A stretch of 63,552 nt of DNA, filler included, from Octopus bimaculoides (lineage: Eukaryota): assembly GCF_001194135.2 (NCBI RefSeq). It is 7 parts of 7 records of this genome, joined end to end, with 100 filler letters (N's around TTAATTAATTAA, not from the genome) between each part and the next. Parts side by side here need not be neighbours in the genome. Positions count along the whole stretch, not along the records: positions 13,273 to 39,922 come from NC_069000.1; 6 more parts are not named here. The stretch is one strand, 5' to 3'. Each line of letters starts with the position of its first letter. Within the stretch, counting starts at the first letter, position 1. Below are positions 26,442-39,500 of this stretch, in pieces. The translations under genes were made by a program, and so were the position numbers. Under the pieces are notes generated by a model, which was given only the letters and a program-made list of their open reading frames with translations, was not told the DNA's origin and searched no databases.

Positions 26442-26513
26442 TTACTGCTTGGAGTCGAACTCGGAATCTTGGAGTCAGTAGCCCGCGCTCTTAGCCACTA
26501 CACCATATGATCA

Positions 26514-26613
26514 CGGGCATATGGCGTAGTGACCTGAATAATAATAATAATAATATTAATAATAATAATAATAATAATAATAACATCGAAAAATATCTTA
26601 GGAATGAGAACCC
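26514..26613 (+). mobile_element. Internally deleted copy of the tRNA/HHR SINE, head-to-head with the minus copy
   Basis: cgggcatatggcgtagtg|acctg(AAT)n aacatcgaaaaatatcttaggaatgagaaccc. Confidence 0.7.
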
Positions 26614-26864
26614 ATTGATTGTTTCTATAAGAGATAATATTTCTAGTTTTGCTCTTATAACCACTTGAGAGAACATTTGGGTCGAAAAACTGAAAGAAAC
26701 ATTTAAATGTCATATATTCAGTCTAGCTCAGCGATGTTATGGTTCTGTGATTAAGAAGATCGCTTCAAATTACGTAGCTGCTGTCGTCGTTTAATCCTAG
26801 GTCAGCACTAATTGAACATTCTGGCTGTTATCGTCTCCTCTTTTTTTTTTTACCCCTGTTGACT

Positions 26865-27233
26865 GTTGTTGTTGGCACTCCGTCGCTTACGACGTCGAGG
26901 GTTCCAGTTGATCCGATCAACGGAACAGCCTGCTCGTGAAATTAACGTGCAAGTGGCTGAGCACTCCACAGACACGTGTACCCTTAACGTAGTTCTCGGG
27001 GATATTGAGCGTGACACAGTGTGACAAGGCTGACCCTTTGAATTACAAGCACAACAGAAACAGAAAGTAAGAGTGAGAGAAAGTTGTGGTGGTAGAGTAC
27101 AGCAGGGTTCTCCACCATCCCCTGCCGGAGCCTGGTGGAGCTTTAGGTATTTTCGCTCAATAAACACTTACAACGCCCGGTCTGGGAATCGAAACCGCGA
27201 TCCTATGCCCGCGAGTCCGCTGCCCTAACCACT
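26865..27233 (-). mobile_element. SINE family A, slightly 5'-truncated, 9-bp TSD
   Basis: TSD ctgttgact at 26856-26864 and 27234-27242. Confidence 0.9.
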
Positions 27234-28176
27234 CTGTTGACTAGGACCGCATTATCCAATATGCTCTTTTCTAAGACGATTGTGTATGGTTTGAGGTATA
27301 TTTGGTTGTTATTACTAACAGTGTGCCATAACCTTCTCATTGATTCGTTTGTTTCTACGTCTTTCGGTTCAATGCCACAACATAAAAATCTTTGTGAAAC
27401 TTGATTCAATGAAAAGTTTGAAGTGACAATCTCTAGAAGGAAACTGTAAAGTCAGTTCGGAGAAAATGGCTACATGTTTATGAGTAAATGACTACATGTT
27501 GCAGAGTTAATTTGTCGTCCGGTTTATAACACCACTCCTTGGTCCAAGGTGGCATTTAGCGGAGTAAATATATTGTAGCCCATCGGGCCAAGTATCCGTT
27601 ACACAATAATATCTTCTCATTAGTCACATAGGATCTTATATAGTGCTTCCCTTCCTCCTCTCTTTAATCCCCCTTCTCTCTCTCTCGCGCATTACCTCTC
27701 TGTCTTTTTCTGTATTTCTGCCTTCCACTACTTTTTCTCCCCCCCCCTCTACCATGTGACCCATGACCATTCCCATTTCTCTTTCCAGCTTCCTTTTATC
27801 GCTTGATCGCTGACTTTGTTCAGTCATTCTTCTTCCAGCCTTTTGCGTGCTTCTTTACTTTCAACACCGGGTTTCTATATCTACGATTATACCTGTATCG
27901 TATTCGTTTGCGTCACTGTCATCAACGTTCGCTCATTATTCCCAGCAGCTCTACGCTGTTGACGCCACCGAAAATTGAACAATATTATCGTTAAAGGCAT
28001 GAAATTGTTGTGATTTTTTGGGACGATAACTGACGAGGAAGGAGCATGTCTATGTCTTGTGTGTGAATTTTCCGTTCGTTTCTTTGTCGTTCTTCTGTTT
28101 AATTTTTGAAACAAACCCCCACACACTCACATAGACCGATAGATACTCTCACACACAAATTGAAATGTAAAGAAAA

Positions 28177-28380
28177 CGAGTCTGGGACATTTACCCCTCA
28201 TGGACAATAATCCTCAAGGACACTTACCCCTGAGGACAACAAATAATGATCTAAAACTTCTTAATATATTAGAGAGGGGGTAAATAACCAAGAGCGGTGA
28301 TTGTCCTAGGGGGTAGTTGTCGTCGGGGTGAATTGTCCTATGCGTGGATAACTGCCCTAGGGGGTAATTGTCCTGATACG
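28177..28380. mobile_element. Small foldback-type MITE with tandem subunits
   Basis: Left ggaca(a/c/t)ttacccc-like units, right ggggtaattgtcc-like units in inverted orientation. Confidence 0.6.
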
Positions 28381-28778
28381 AAGATTACCATTTAAACTTT
28401 TTAAGAAACTTACAAATTAACATGTCGGTACAAAGGAAAGTATGTAGCTGTATGACGTGGTTATTAATAACGTTTCTAGGTTTTAATATTCCACTTTGTC
28501 AACGTAGAACGTTATGCCAAGTCCTGGTTTGTATACATTAATAAATGGCTTGTAAACCTTCTGTGGACAGAACGTTAATGATATTTCTCTGATGAAGCTC
28601 AAACGGGACCAGAAACCAGTTAGATCAATCCTTTTTTCAGTTTGTTGAGGGATTAAAAAAGAAACAAAAGCAAATGACCTGGATCATTATTTGTTTTTTT
28701 TACAGTAATGGTCAATTAATATGTTTCGTAGAAAGCTACAACTTTCATTTCAAGTGATCAAAGACTCGCTCACTATTG

Positions 28779-28816
<38 letters not shown>

Positions 28817-29011
28817 GTGTATGTATGTGTGTGTTTGTGTGTGTGCGTTTGTGTACATCAGGAGGATTTTTATTAACGTTATTGTATCATACTATTCAAT
28901 TATTCATGTTTTTTTTATGGCTTTGTACTACTACTACTACTACTGCTACTAGTACTACTACCACTACCACTACCACCACTACAACCACTACCACCACCAC
29001 TACTGCTGCTG

Positions 29012-29075
<64 letters not shown>

Positions 29076-29491
29076 ATCTGCTGTTGCTGCTGCTGCCGCT
29101 GCTGTTGCTGCTGTCTCTTTGGTCGAGGTGGGTTCAACTTTCCCTTTCATCTTTTTCAGGTCGATAAAATAAAGCATCGGTCAAGCACTGAAGTCGAATT
29201 TATCGACTATTCACTACCTCAACCCCAAATTTAAGACTTCTCGGTCTATGTAAAATATCCATTATTAATATTATTATTATTATTATTATTATCATTATTA
29301 TTATTATTATTATTAGCAGCAGCAGTAGCAGCAGCAGTCATAGTAGTAATGGTAATACACTAATAGTAGTAGTACAATCGGAGCATTAATAATCAGTTGA
29401 AGATGTTGGCTCATTTTTAGTGATCGCCGATGCGTAACAGCAGGCGCCTTACACACATCACAAACAGTAGTAGTAGTAGTAGTAGTAATAT

Positions 29492-29533
<42 letters not shown>

Positions 29534-29814
29534 GTGGTTGTGGTGGTGGTGGGAATAAAAAAAAGCTGGTAATGTCATAAGTCAATAAATTGTTCGTAGG
29601 TTTACATGTCTACTGAAGGTACGTGATATTTGTATCTTTTCATCGGCTTATAGTACACGCGGTGTGTAGTTATATATTTTCTGTAAGGTGTTCTGTGTAG
29701 TATATGCTGCAGTATGCTAGTGTTATTTACGGTGCATGTAATAATGTGATAACTGTTGTGTGTTGTATATGTTGCAGTGCGGCTGTGATGCGAGCTGTAT
29801 TTTTTTTTTCTGTT

Positions 29815-30248
29815 ATCTTTTGCTTGTTTCAGTCCTTAGACTGCGGTCATGCTGGGGCACGGCTTTGAAACATTTTTAGTCGAGTGAATCGACCTCGGTA
29901 CTTATTATTATTTCTAAAGCGTGGTACTTATTCTATCGGCCTGTTTTGCCGAATCACTAAGTTACGGGGACGTAAGCACACCAACAACTGTTGTCAAGCG
30001 CTGATGCGGGTCACACACACACACATACACACGTAAAGGCATACGTTCGCGCGCACACACACGCACACACAAACAAACACACACACGCACGACGGGTTTC
30101 TTTCAGTTTCAGTCAATCAAATCCACTCACGAAGTTTTGCTGGGCCCGAGTCTACAGTAGAAAACACTCGCTCAAAGTATCACTAACGGGGACTGAACCC
30201 GCAACAATGTGCTTGTAAAGCAAGCTTCTTACCACACAGCCACGCCTG
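29815..30248 (-). mobile_element. SINE family C
   Basis: Same modules as 19628-20020. Confidence 0.8.
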
Positions 30249-30380
30249 TGTGTAATAGTGTGCTGGTGATGGTGTGTGATATATGTTGCAGTGTGGTAGT
30301 GGTGTGTGCAGTATATGTTATAGTATGATAATGTTGCGTGAAGTATATGTTGCAGAGTTGTAATATTTTGTGCGGTATAT

Positions 30381-30610
30381 AAGGTGGCGAGCTGGCAGAA
30401 TCGTTAGCACGCCGGGCGAAATGCAGTGGCGAAATGCAGCTATGCATTTCACCCGGCTTTACGTTGTGAGTTCAAATTCAGCCAAGGTCGACTTTGCTTT
30501 TCATCATTTAGGGTTTTGATAAAATAAGTACCAGTTGAGTACTGAGGTGGATGTAATCAGTTAAGCCTCTCCCCCGAAATTTCAGGCCTAGTGCTAAACT
30601 TTGAAATCAA
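30381..30610 (+). mobile_element. SINE family B
   Basis: aaggtggcgagctggcagaatcgttagcacgccggg...aaggtcgactttgcttttcatc. Confidence 0.8.
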
Positions 30611-31059
30611 TATTTCGTGTGGTATATGTTGTAGTGTGTTAATAATGTTGTGTTTGGTGTATGCTGCAGAGTGGTGGCTTTTGTCTAGTGTACGTAGTAA
30701 TATGGTAGTATTGAGTGTGGTATATGTTGTAGTATGGTGGGTTTGCCTATGATATGCATGGCAACGTGATATCATTTGTAATGTGGTATGTATTACAATG
30801 TTGTAGTGGTGTGTATTGTAGCATTGTGTGTTGTATGTGTTGCAGTATGTTATATGTAGCAGTATGATACGTTAGTGTGGTCGAGCTGTATTATATATAT
30901 GTAACTGTGTGGTAGTATAATGTATCAGTATTGTCTTGTATATGTCATAATGTTGTAGTATAGTAAACTAGAACAGTAGTGTTCTGTACTCTTGTGAGAT
31001 ACAGTATGAGTAACAGTGTAACGATGTTCTTCTTAGTAGTATATTATAAAACAAGGTAA

Positions 31060-31490
31060 TACTGTAGTGGTGGTCTATGCTGTAGTGTGGTATACAGTGC
31101 AGCAGTAGTTTATGTTATAGTGTAGTGTATAGTAGGATGGTGGTCTGTGCTGTAGTGTAATATTGAATAATAGTACAGTCGTGGTATGCGCTGTAGTGTA
31201 GTATATAGTAGAATGGCGGTCTGTGCTGTAGTGTAAGATAGAGTAAGTAATAGTGCAGTAATAGCATGTGCTGTGGTTTAGTATATAGTAAAGTAGTGGT
31301 CTGTGCTGTGGTGTAAGATAGAATAAGTAATAGTGCAGTAGTGGTATGTGCTGTAGTTTAGTATATAGTAAAGTAGTGGTAGTGGTCTGTGCTGTAGTGT
31401 AATATAAAGCCATAGTGTAGTTGTGGTATGTGCTGTAGTGTAGTATATAGTAGTGTGGTGGTCTGTGTTGTAGTGTTATGTATAGTATTT
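31060..31490. repeat. Degenerate GT-rich minisatellite, period about 70-80 bp
   Basis: Recurrent ggtctgtgctgtagtgtaa alternating with ggtatgtgctgtagt. Confidence 0.75.
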
Positions 31491-31929
31491 TCAGTGCCGC
31501 CATTTTGCTGATCCTGAGGATTTTATTCAGTGGGCAATTGTAGCTATTTATCCAGTCTCTTCTACACATAGATGAATTGTAGTCAGCATTGTACCTCACT
31601 CCTTAACTTCCTCCCTCCCTCCTTCCTTCCCTGCCTACTCCCATACCTACCTTTCTACCTCCATCCCTCCCTCTCACATATTTACTCTACCCACATATTT
31701 ACTCTGCTTAACAACCCATGTACCTTGAAGCTTACCTAATTTACCTGTCTTCTTTCCTACTTATGCAACTGTCTACCTACCCCTACTTAAACCTGCCTAT
31801 CTACCTACCTACCTACCTACCTACCTACCTACCTACCTACCTACCACTTCCTTTGAGCTTACTGAAAGTCAGAGACTGTTGGAAGCTGATATATTTTCTG
31901 TCTCCCAAGAGGAAAGTTGGTCTTTGGGG

Positions 31930-32545
31930 TACAGTTTTTACTATGTCATGAATAAATATGAGATTAGCAGAAGAGAGCAGTGATTGCGTGGCTTAACACT
32001 TTTAGCAACTTTGTGGATTATAATTGAGTGTTGTCCATGACTACAGAGGAAGGAGATTGTTTTCTTGACATGTGCGATGATTGTGTAATTGTTGAGTTGA
32101 ATAAGACAAAATTGTAATGTCTCTATTGGATGTTTTCCAGGTCTCTGTTTATAGGGGCAGAGCAAGTTTAAGATGAGGTGACATGACTACAATGTCGGTC
32201 ACTCTTATGCGCGGAAAGTTAGTGAAAAGTGAAGAATGTATCCATGTATCCATCTGCGTAGTAGTGAGTGTTAGAGGTGACAGCATACAGGTTGTTATTG
32301 TATAGGAGGAAAAATTGGTGGTATGATTGAACTTTAGGGTATACTGGAGTACGTAAAGTTCGGGCTAGAGAGGCCTCCATTTTCAGTGCCTGCTGTGATA
32401 ATACGATCTGAGAGGGAACTTCTAGTCAAAGGAGAGAGACGCATGAATCTTAACCAGGAGAGTCTCAAATAGGACCCAGTGAAAGGCTTTCTAGATGTCA
32501 AATGAAAATAGCATTGTTTTTGCCGAATTTTCCAATAGTGAAACT
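31930..32545 (-). pseudogene. Decayed jockey/CR1-group reverse transcriptase fragment
   Basis: Minus strand FSFDI*KAFHWVL...LLVKI and IFLLYNNNLYAVTSNTHYYAD resemble RT motifs LDISKAFD and YADD. Confidence 0.6.
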
Positions 32546-32944
32546 ATAGGCGGGTAACGTGATACTCGGTCCCCGGCAGAGATCAGACTACCTAAACCGC
32601 ATACAACTATACATAAACACACACACACATGCCTTCATACATATACACACACATGTATGTATGTGTATATACGTTGTTGAGTAACAATCCGTAGAAGCGT
32701 TACCTCATATCAATGGTGAAGGCAGTGCAGAGAAGAAAAAGATGTGTATTGACAATGACAGTAACAATTGTGAAAACAAGTAACAAAACGATAAAAAGAA
32801 TGGTAACAATGATAATGATGATGGTAATAGAAATTACATTGTGTCCCATGAATTTTGTCCTTGAATAGCAACTGATATTTCCTATTTGCTTATCCCTAGA
32901 AACTATGAAAAATCGCTAATATCTCCTTCAAGCTTTTGTTACTT

Positions 32945-33130
32945 TTAATTCAAACCCCAAAGAATCCTTCTCGACATATGGCTATGATGCTCTCCAACTA
33001 CTCCTGCTTGTGATCAGCGATACACATAGTGTCAGCCATTAAGGGACACGCTCAAGTGGTTATGGTCAAACAACTGACGATCGAATCAGTATTGAACATA
33101 ATATTTGCTATAATGATATTTCTGCTTCAG
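32945..33130 (-). mobile_element. Family D fragment
   Basis: Reverse complement of the 15700-15890 region. Confidence 0.6.
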
Positions 33131-33420
33131 CAATTCAGTACGGAATCTATCTAAAATGTAATGGAAAATAAGTCAATTTCAAAGCATTGATGTCTAGGTC
33201 ACAAAAGCAAAGTCTGAAGGGAATAATCGTCATTTCCTTTGATTTCTAGATAGAAGCGAATAAGAAATAACACTTACTGGCCAAAGAAGAAAATTGTTAG
33301 TGTAATAACAATAATAATAACAATAATAGTGATAACAGTACCAATATTAACAATGATAATAAGATAACATTAATAATAGTAGCAATACTAACAAACATAG
33401 CAATGATAGTAACGATCATA

Positions 33421-33806
33421 TTGTTGTTGGCACTCCGTCGCTTACGACGTCCAGGGTTCCAGTTGATCCGATCAACGGAACAGCCTGCACGTGAAATTAA
33501 CGTGCAAGTGGCTGAGCGCTCCACAGACACGTGTACCCTTAACGTAGTTCTCGGGGATATTCAGCGTGACACAGTGTGACAAGGCCGGCCCTTTGAATTA
33601 CAGGCACAGCAGAAACAGGAAGTAAGAGTGAGAGAAAGTTGTGGTGGAAGAGTACAGCAGGGTTCTCCACCATCCCCTGCCGGAGCCTGGTGGAGCTTTA
33701 GGTATTTTCGCTCAATAAACACTTACAACGCCCGGTCTGGGAATCGAAACCGCGATCCTATGCCCGCGAGTCCGCTGCCCTAACCACTAGGCTAATGCGC
33801 CTCCAC
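33421..33806 (-). mobile_element. Full-length SINE family A with 14-bp TSD (one mismatch)
   Basis: tagtaacgatcata 33407-33420 / tagtaacgataata 33807-33820. Confidence 0.9.
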
Positions 33807-33839
33807 TAGTAACGATAATAATAACAATATTAATAATAA

Positions 33840-34290
33840 TCCTTTCTGCTATAGGCTCAAAGTCTGAGATTTTAGGTGGGAGGAATAGTCGATTACATCG
33901 ACCCCAGTACTCGATTGGTACTTGTATTATTGACCCCGAAAGTATGAAAGACAAAGTCGACTTCGGCGGAATTTGAACTCAGTACGTAAAGCCGGAAGAA
34001 ATGTCGCTAACCATTGTATCCGGCGTGCTAACGATTCTGTCAGATCGCTGCCTTAATAACAATAATAATAATTCTTTCTAATTTTGACACAAGGACAGGA
34101 ATTTTAAGGGAAGAGGAAGTCGAATACGTCGACTGAAGTATTTGACTGACACTCATTTTATCGCCCCGAAAGGACGAAAAGCAAAAGTCGGTCTCGGCGG
34201 AATTTTAAACTCAGCATGTGAAGAGACAGAAAAAATGCCACTAAGCATTTTGTCCGGCGCACTAACAATTCTGACAGTTCGTTGCCTTGA
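33840..34290 (-). mobile_element. Two tandem SINE family B copies
   Basis: Cores at about 33935-33985 and 34165-34210. Confidence 0.7.
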
Positions 34291-34623
34291 TAACAATAGT
34301 AATAAAGGCACTCATGAATTTCTGGACAAATAACCGCAGTTAGCATATAACACCGATTTAGGCGCGCACGCATACAGCCATCTAAACATGCATACATACA
34401 AAGCTCACACATAGACAAGATTATGTTCAATTTTTTTTTCTTTATCGACTATTTTCACTGTTGTAACTATCATTATCAATATGCACTGTTTTTTTTCCCG
34501 CACTACTTCCACCGTTGATTTAGTGTAGCATGTCTTTTTACCCATTCAGATTTGTCGAAGGAAGCGGCTACACGTCGTAGAAATTACATTCTAACAGGCA
34601 ACTGGACTAGTTTAAATAAGCTG

Positions 34624-34679
<56 letters not shown>

Positions 34680-35310
34680 TACATACATACATACATACAT
34701 ACATGTATGCACACATACATACATACATGCATGCACACATACATACATACATACATTAATACATGCGTGCATGCATACATACACACTCGCACACACACAC
34801 ACACGCTTTATTAAAGCTGTAAAGACATCACAAAAACTGTTACTCAGAGTTTCACGTTCCCTTTATTAATATGGAATATTTCTTTACCTCCAGTATCCGA
34901 GTATTACTTTTCCCACCTTATTTCATATTTATGCGCTCACTCTGCTATANNNNNNNNNNNNNNNNNNNNNNNNNNNNNNNNNNNNNNNNNNNNNNNNNNN
35001 NNNNNNNNNNNNNNNNNNNNNNNNNNNNNNNNNNNNNNNNNNNNNNNNNNNNNNNNNNNNNNNNNNNNNNNNNNNNNNNNNNNNNNNNNNNNNNNNNNNN
35101 NNNNNNNNNNNNNNNNNNNNNNNNNNNNNNNNNNNNNNNNNNNNNNNNNNNNNNNNNNNNNNNNNNNNNNNNNNNNNNNNNNNNNNNNNNNNNNNNNNNN
35201 NNNNNNNNNNNNNNNNNNNNNNNNNNNNNNNNNNNNNNNNNNNNNNNNNNNNNNNNNNNNNNNNNNNNNNNNNNNNNNNNNNNNNTATATATATATATAT
35301 ATATATATAC

Positions 35311-35369
<59 letters not shown>

Positions 35370-37989
35370 CATGCTGTGGATGGATCTACGCACATACACA
35401 TAAACACACATATTCATAATTTGATAAATTCTGTGTTTAGAAACTAGATAAAACGTATCCAACTCTAGAAACATAGTTTTGATTTTCCATTGCAGATAAA
35501 TATTTATACCAATATTGTGAAAAAGTAAGAAAAATTGAATGATAGATCAAGTAAACTTAAAATAGACAGCGGGGAAAATGACAGAATAGAATGAAATGCA
35601 ATAAAATAAAATAAAATAAAATAAAATAGAATAAAGCTGAAAACTTAAAGATGAAAAATAGATATTAAAAAAATAAGAATGAAGATGTAAATAAAATAAT
35701 AAGCTATGAAGTAAAAGAGGAGAAGGGGAATATTTATGTTAGTGTTTTCGTTAGTTTTTTTCATGGAAAAGAAATCATATATTTTCCCCGAGAAAACGTT
35801 ACATCTATGGTTTCTCTTAAATGAATAAAAACTTTATTTTAGTACAACAATTTGCTAATAAAACAACAGAGGATAACAAATTTCTAATTATATGGGACCA
35901 AATGTTGTAAAATTACAACTCAATTGCTATGCGAGCGTTAAAAAATGCATATTATTGCTGGTTAGATACACACATACACATCCACGCGCACACGCACACA
36001 CACAAACACAAACATACGCACACACAAAAACATACACACGTACACACACATACACCCATATATACATATATGTTTGTGTGAGTGCAGAAGAGGGAAAGAA
36101 AGCAAGAGAGGGAGAGAGAGAGAGAGTGTGTGTGTGAGAGAGAGAGAAAGCAAGTGAGAGAGCGGGAGCAAGAGAAAGAGAGGGCGCAAGAAAGAGAGAA
36201 CAAGAGAGAGAGAGAGCGTGAGAGAGAGAGTGAGAAAGAAAGAGAAAAAACAAAATTTAAAATAGATCAAATTTAAATACAAGCCATCTTAGAATCATTT
36301 CAGGACATTTCATATACATATTTGGTAAGGATGCAGCATGCCTTCTGTTTGAATTCCTGATAGTGTATTTGTGTCGAATTAACCGTTTCTTCAATGACTG
36401 CATTGTAAACCTTATGTAAGATTTCACCTCAATGGTGTTCGCCATATGGAAATCATGCTGTCTACTAAAACCTTATCACAGCAAATACAATTAAGAATAC
36501 TAAGAGTCGAAACGATACATTTGCAACGTAGAAGATTATTTAGAAGGTTGACTTGGATGCTTACATTGAAAAAGTGTCATACTAAGCATTTTAGAAATGG
36601 TGGCAGCAAAATAATGTCACAGTTCTAGGTAACTTTTAAGACTTTTGTGATTTACATGTTTATGGACTTAAAAAAGTTCTCGCACTGTTAGAAAAAATTT
36701 TATGTATAAAGAGAAGAGATTTTCCCCGATGGTCTTTCTGTTTACTTGTACAGAGAGATTTGAATTATTTGGTATATTATATAACATTAAACCTGTTGAC
36801 ATTTCAGGTATCGTTGTAATAAAGTGCATCGCAGTTTTACGAATCTTTATCGGAAAATTATACTGGAAATTTGCCAATGAATTTTTCTGAAATGATGGAT
36901 TTACGATATTAATGTTTGTCAATATGTTGTATTCTTTCATTTATCTTTTTATAAGGGGAGTGTTTGTATTTCCGATTTTAAAAAAAGCTTTGAAAATTTA
37001 TATTTGAACTGATTTAGTTTTAATGTTCAACTTTTAACATACTAATTTTGTCGTTTTATCTAATTGAAAGGTGATTATGTTACTGGAAATAAGACTATCA
37101 TCTCTGACTAACCAAAGTCCATAGACGGGAAGATGTTACAGTATAAGCCTAAAATATATGACCCTGTTAATTTACATATTTTAACTCATCAAACGATCCC
37201 TTTGAAATATAGATAAAATACTTATCTATCTACTTTCATTTGTATATAAGATTTTACTTTAAAAGAAACGATGCATGTGGTGTATATATTTCCTATTCAT
37301 AAAAAATATACACGCGAAGAAAACGACATCATAAATAATACTCTTTCTCTTCTCACGTTTATTTGATTATTTATTTCTATTAAAGGCAGTAAGCTGGTAG
37401 AATCGTTAGTGCGTCGGACAAAATATTTCGCGGCATTTATTCCGGCTCTTAACATCATGAGCTCAAACATGACCGAAATTAACTTTATTTTCACAGTCAC
37501 ATAGCGTATTTGTGTGTCTGTGTATATGTGCATGTTTGAGTGTGTATGTTTGCATGTGTGTGTGCGTATATGTGCACGTGCGTGTGTGTGTGCGTGTGTG
37601 TATGTGTGTGCGTGTGCGTGTATGTGAGCGCGCGCTGACACATATGTACATGTAGATAAATGCATTCATATGCGAATGGAAAGTGTTAATTTGTTCGTGA
37701 TGAGATGTATGCATGCATGCTAAGACTACGAGCTGCCAGCTGAATATAGTAATAATCGAAGAAAGGTGATTGATTTAATTTCTCATTATGCACGCAGTAC
37801 TTCTTGAAGGGACAAGAAAATGCAAACTATATTACAGGAAACTATATAAAGGAAATATGGAGGAAATTTATATTCAACATTGATTTTTAGTTTCCGCTAT
37901 TATCCCCCCCCCCCCCAGCATCTGCCTTCTCCGATCACTATTCCTGTAGGGTGGTGGGTGTAGAAACCTCAGGTACCTCCTACACAGGG

Positions 37990-38340
37990 TCTTATTAGAA
38001 ACAACTGTCATTAGATTTTTCCGGCTGAATTCCCAACTGAGACTATTAATATTATTCTGCCATTTCCTTCTTGGTCTACTCCTAAGTCTCTTGCCAGTTG
38101 GCTCGGCTCGAAGAGATTATCTTGCAATTCCTTACAGTGAGATCCTTATCACATGTCCGTAGTACCGGAGCAGTGACTTTTCAATGCAAGGAAGTAGCGG
38201 CTCGAGATCAAGAGACCTTCCGACCTTCGAGCTACACATCCTTTCGTGTAATGTTACTTCAGAGACCTTTCGGAGGAACCCCCATTTCGGCCGCTTGATT
38301 TGGGATTGTATTCTTTCGGTCATTGCCTAACATTCATGAC
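37990..38340 (-). mobile_element. RTE-clade LINE 3' coding fragment
   Basis: MTERIQSQIKRPKWGFLRKVSEVTLHERMCSSKVGRSLDLEPLLPCIEKSLLRYYGHVIRI. Confidence 0.7.
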
Positions 38341-38356
38341 CGCAGGTGAGATAGAT

Positions 38357-38742
38357 GTTGGCACTCCATCGGTTACGACGACGAGGGTTCCAGTTGATTC
38401 GATCAACGGAACAGCCTGCTCGTGAAATGAACGTGCAAGTGGCTGAGCACTCTACAGACACGTGTACCCTTAACGTAGTTCTCGGGGAGATTCAGCGTGA
38501 CGCAGAGTATGAAAAGGCTGGCCCCCTTTGAAATACAGGTACAACAGAAACAGGAAGAAAGAGTGAGAGAAAGTTGTGGTGAAAGAGTACAGCAGAGTTC
38601 GCCACATTCCCCTGCCGGAGGCTCGTGGAACTTTAGGTGTTTTCGCTCAATAAACACTCACAACGCCCGGTCTGGGAATCGAAACCACAATCCTACGACT
38701 GCGAGTCCGCTGCCCTAACCACTGGGCCATTGCGCCTCCACC
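38357..38742 (-). mobile_element. Full-length SINE family A with 12-bp TSD
   Basis: TSD ggtgagatagat at 38345-38356 and 38743-38754. Confidence 0.9.
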
Positions 38743-39169
38743 GGTGAGATAGATACGAAAACCAATTAAAGATGACGAGTTTGGCTTTTTTTATCAAGTT
38801 CACTTCCTTTCAGGATCGAATATTGAAGCTGGTAAGCACCAGAAATTCTAGCATCCATTCCAGCCTCATGCTTTCCATCACTTGTGATTATGGCTTAAGA
38901 TACTTAAACTTATCCACTTGTCTCAGTGAAGCTGTAGATATGTATTAATTTGTGCTCAAACAGAAGCCCCAGTAACTGTATTATTTAAATGAATTAGACG
39001 AGCAATACTGCTTAGAAAAGCTATTAGAAAATAATAAATGAAAACGAAATGAAAATATGAAAAGGAAAATGAAAGGAAAAGAAATACATTTAGTTTAGTG
39101 ATCTCATGTTATTTCAATTAATATATCGTTAAAGATTATAGAATTTCAAGAGATAAATTTTGTACGCTT

Positions 39170-39500
39170 GTTTAATCGTCGACCCCAGGACTTATTCTTT
39201 GTAAGTCTAGTACTTATTCTATTGGTCACTTTTGCCGAACTGCTAAGTTACGGGGACGTAAACACACCAGTATCCATTGTCAAGCGATGTTGGGGGGACA
39301 ACCACAGACACACAAACATATACACACGCATACATATATATACATATATACGACGGGCTTCTTTCAGTTTCCGCCTACCAAATCCACTCACAAGGCTTTG
39401 GTCGGCCCGAGGCTATAGTAGAAGACGCTTGCCCAAAGTGCCACGCAGTGGGACTGAACCCGGAACCATGTGGTTGGTAAGCAAGCTACTTACCACACAT
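39170..39500 (-). mobile_element. SINE family C, little diverged
   Basis: Same modules as 19628-20020. Confidence 0.85.

Larger units (their letters stand above)
25144..26509 (-). mobile_element. tRNA-headed SINE with (AAT)n linker and hammerhead-bearing tail, interrupted by an R4/Dong-like insertion
   Basis: Head 26509-26437 (tggtgtagtgg A box, gagttcgactcc B box), then acctg(AAT)n; resumes after the insertion as acatcaaaaaataccttaggaatgagaaccc and the HHR motif; junction confirmed by the plus copy at 26514-26613. Confidence 0.7.

Noticed and set aside
34550-34597. Plus-strand exon-like LSKEAATRRRNYILT
   Set aside because: Only a weak GC donor and no recognisable homology
36270-36640. Cys-rich minus-strand stretch (LLRCKC...CICC) as a transposase C-terminus
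   Set aside because: Spacing not convincing and interrupted by stops; unsupported without a search
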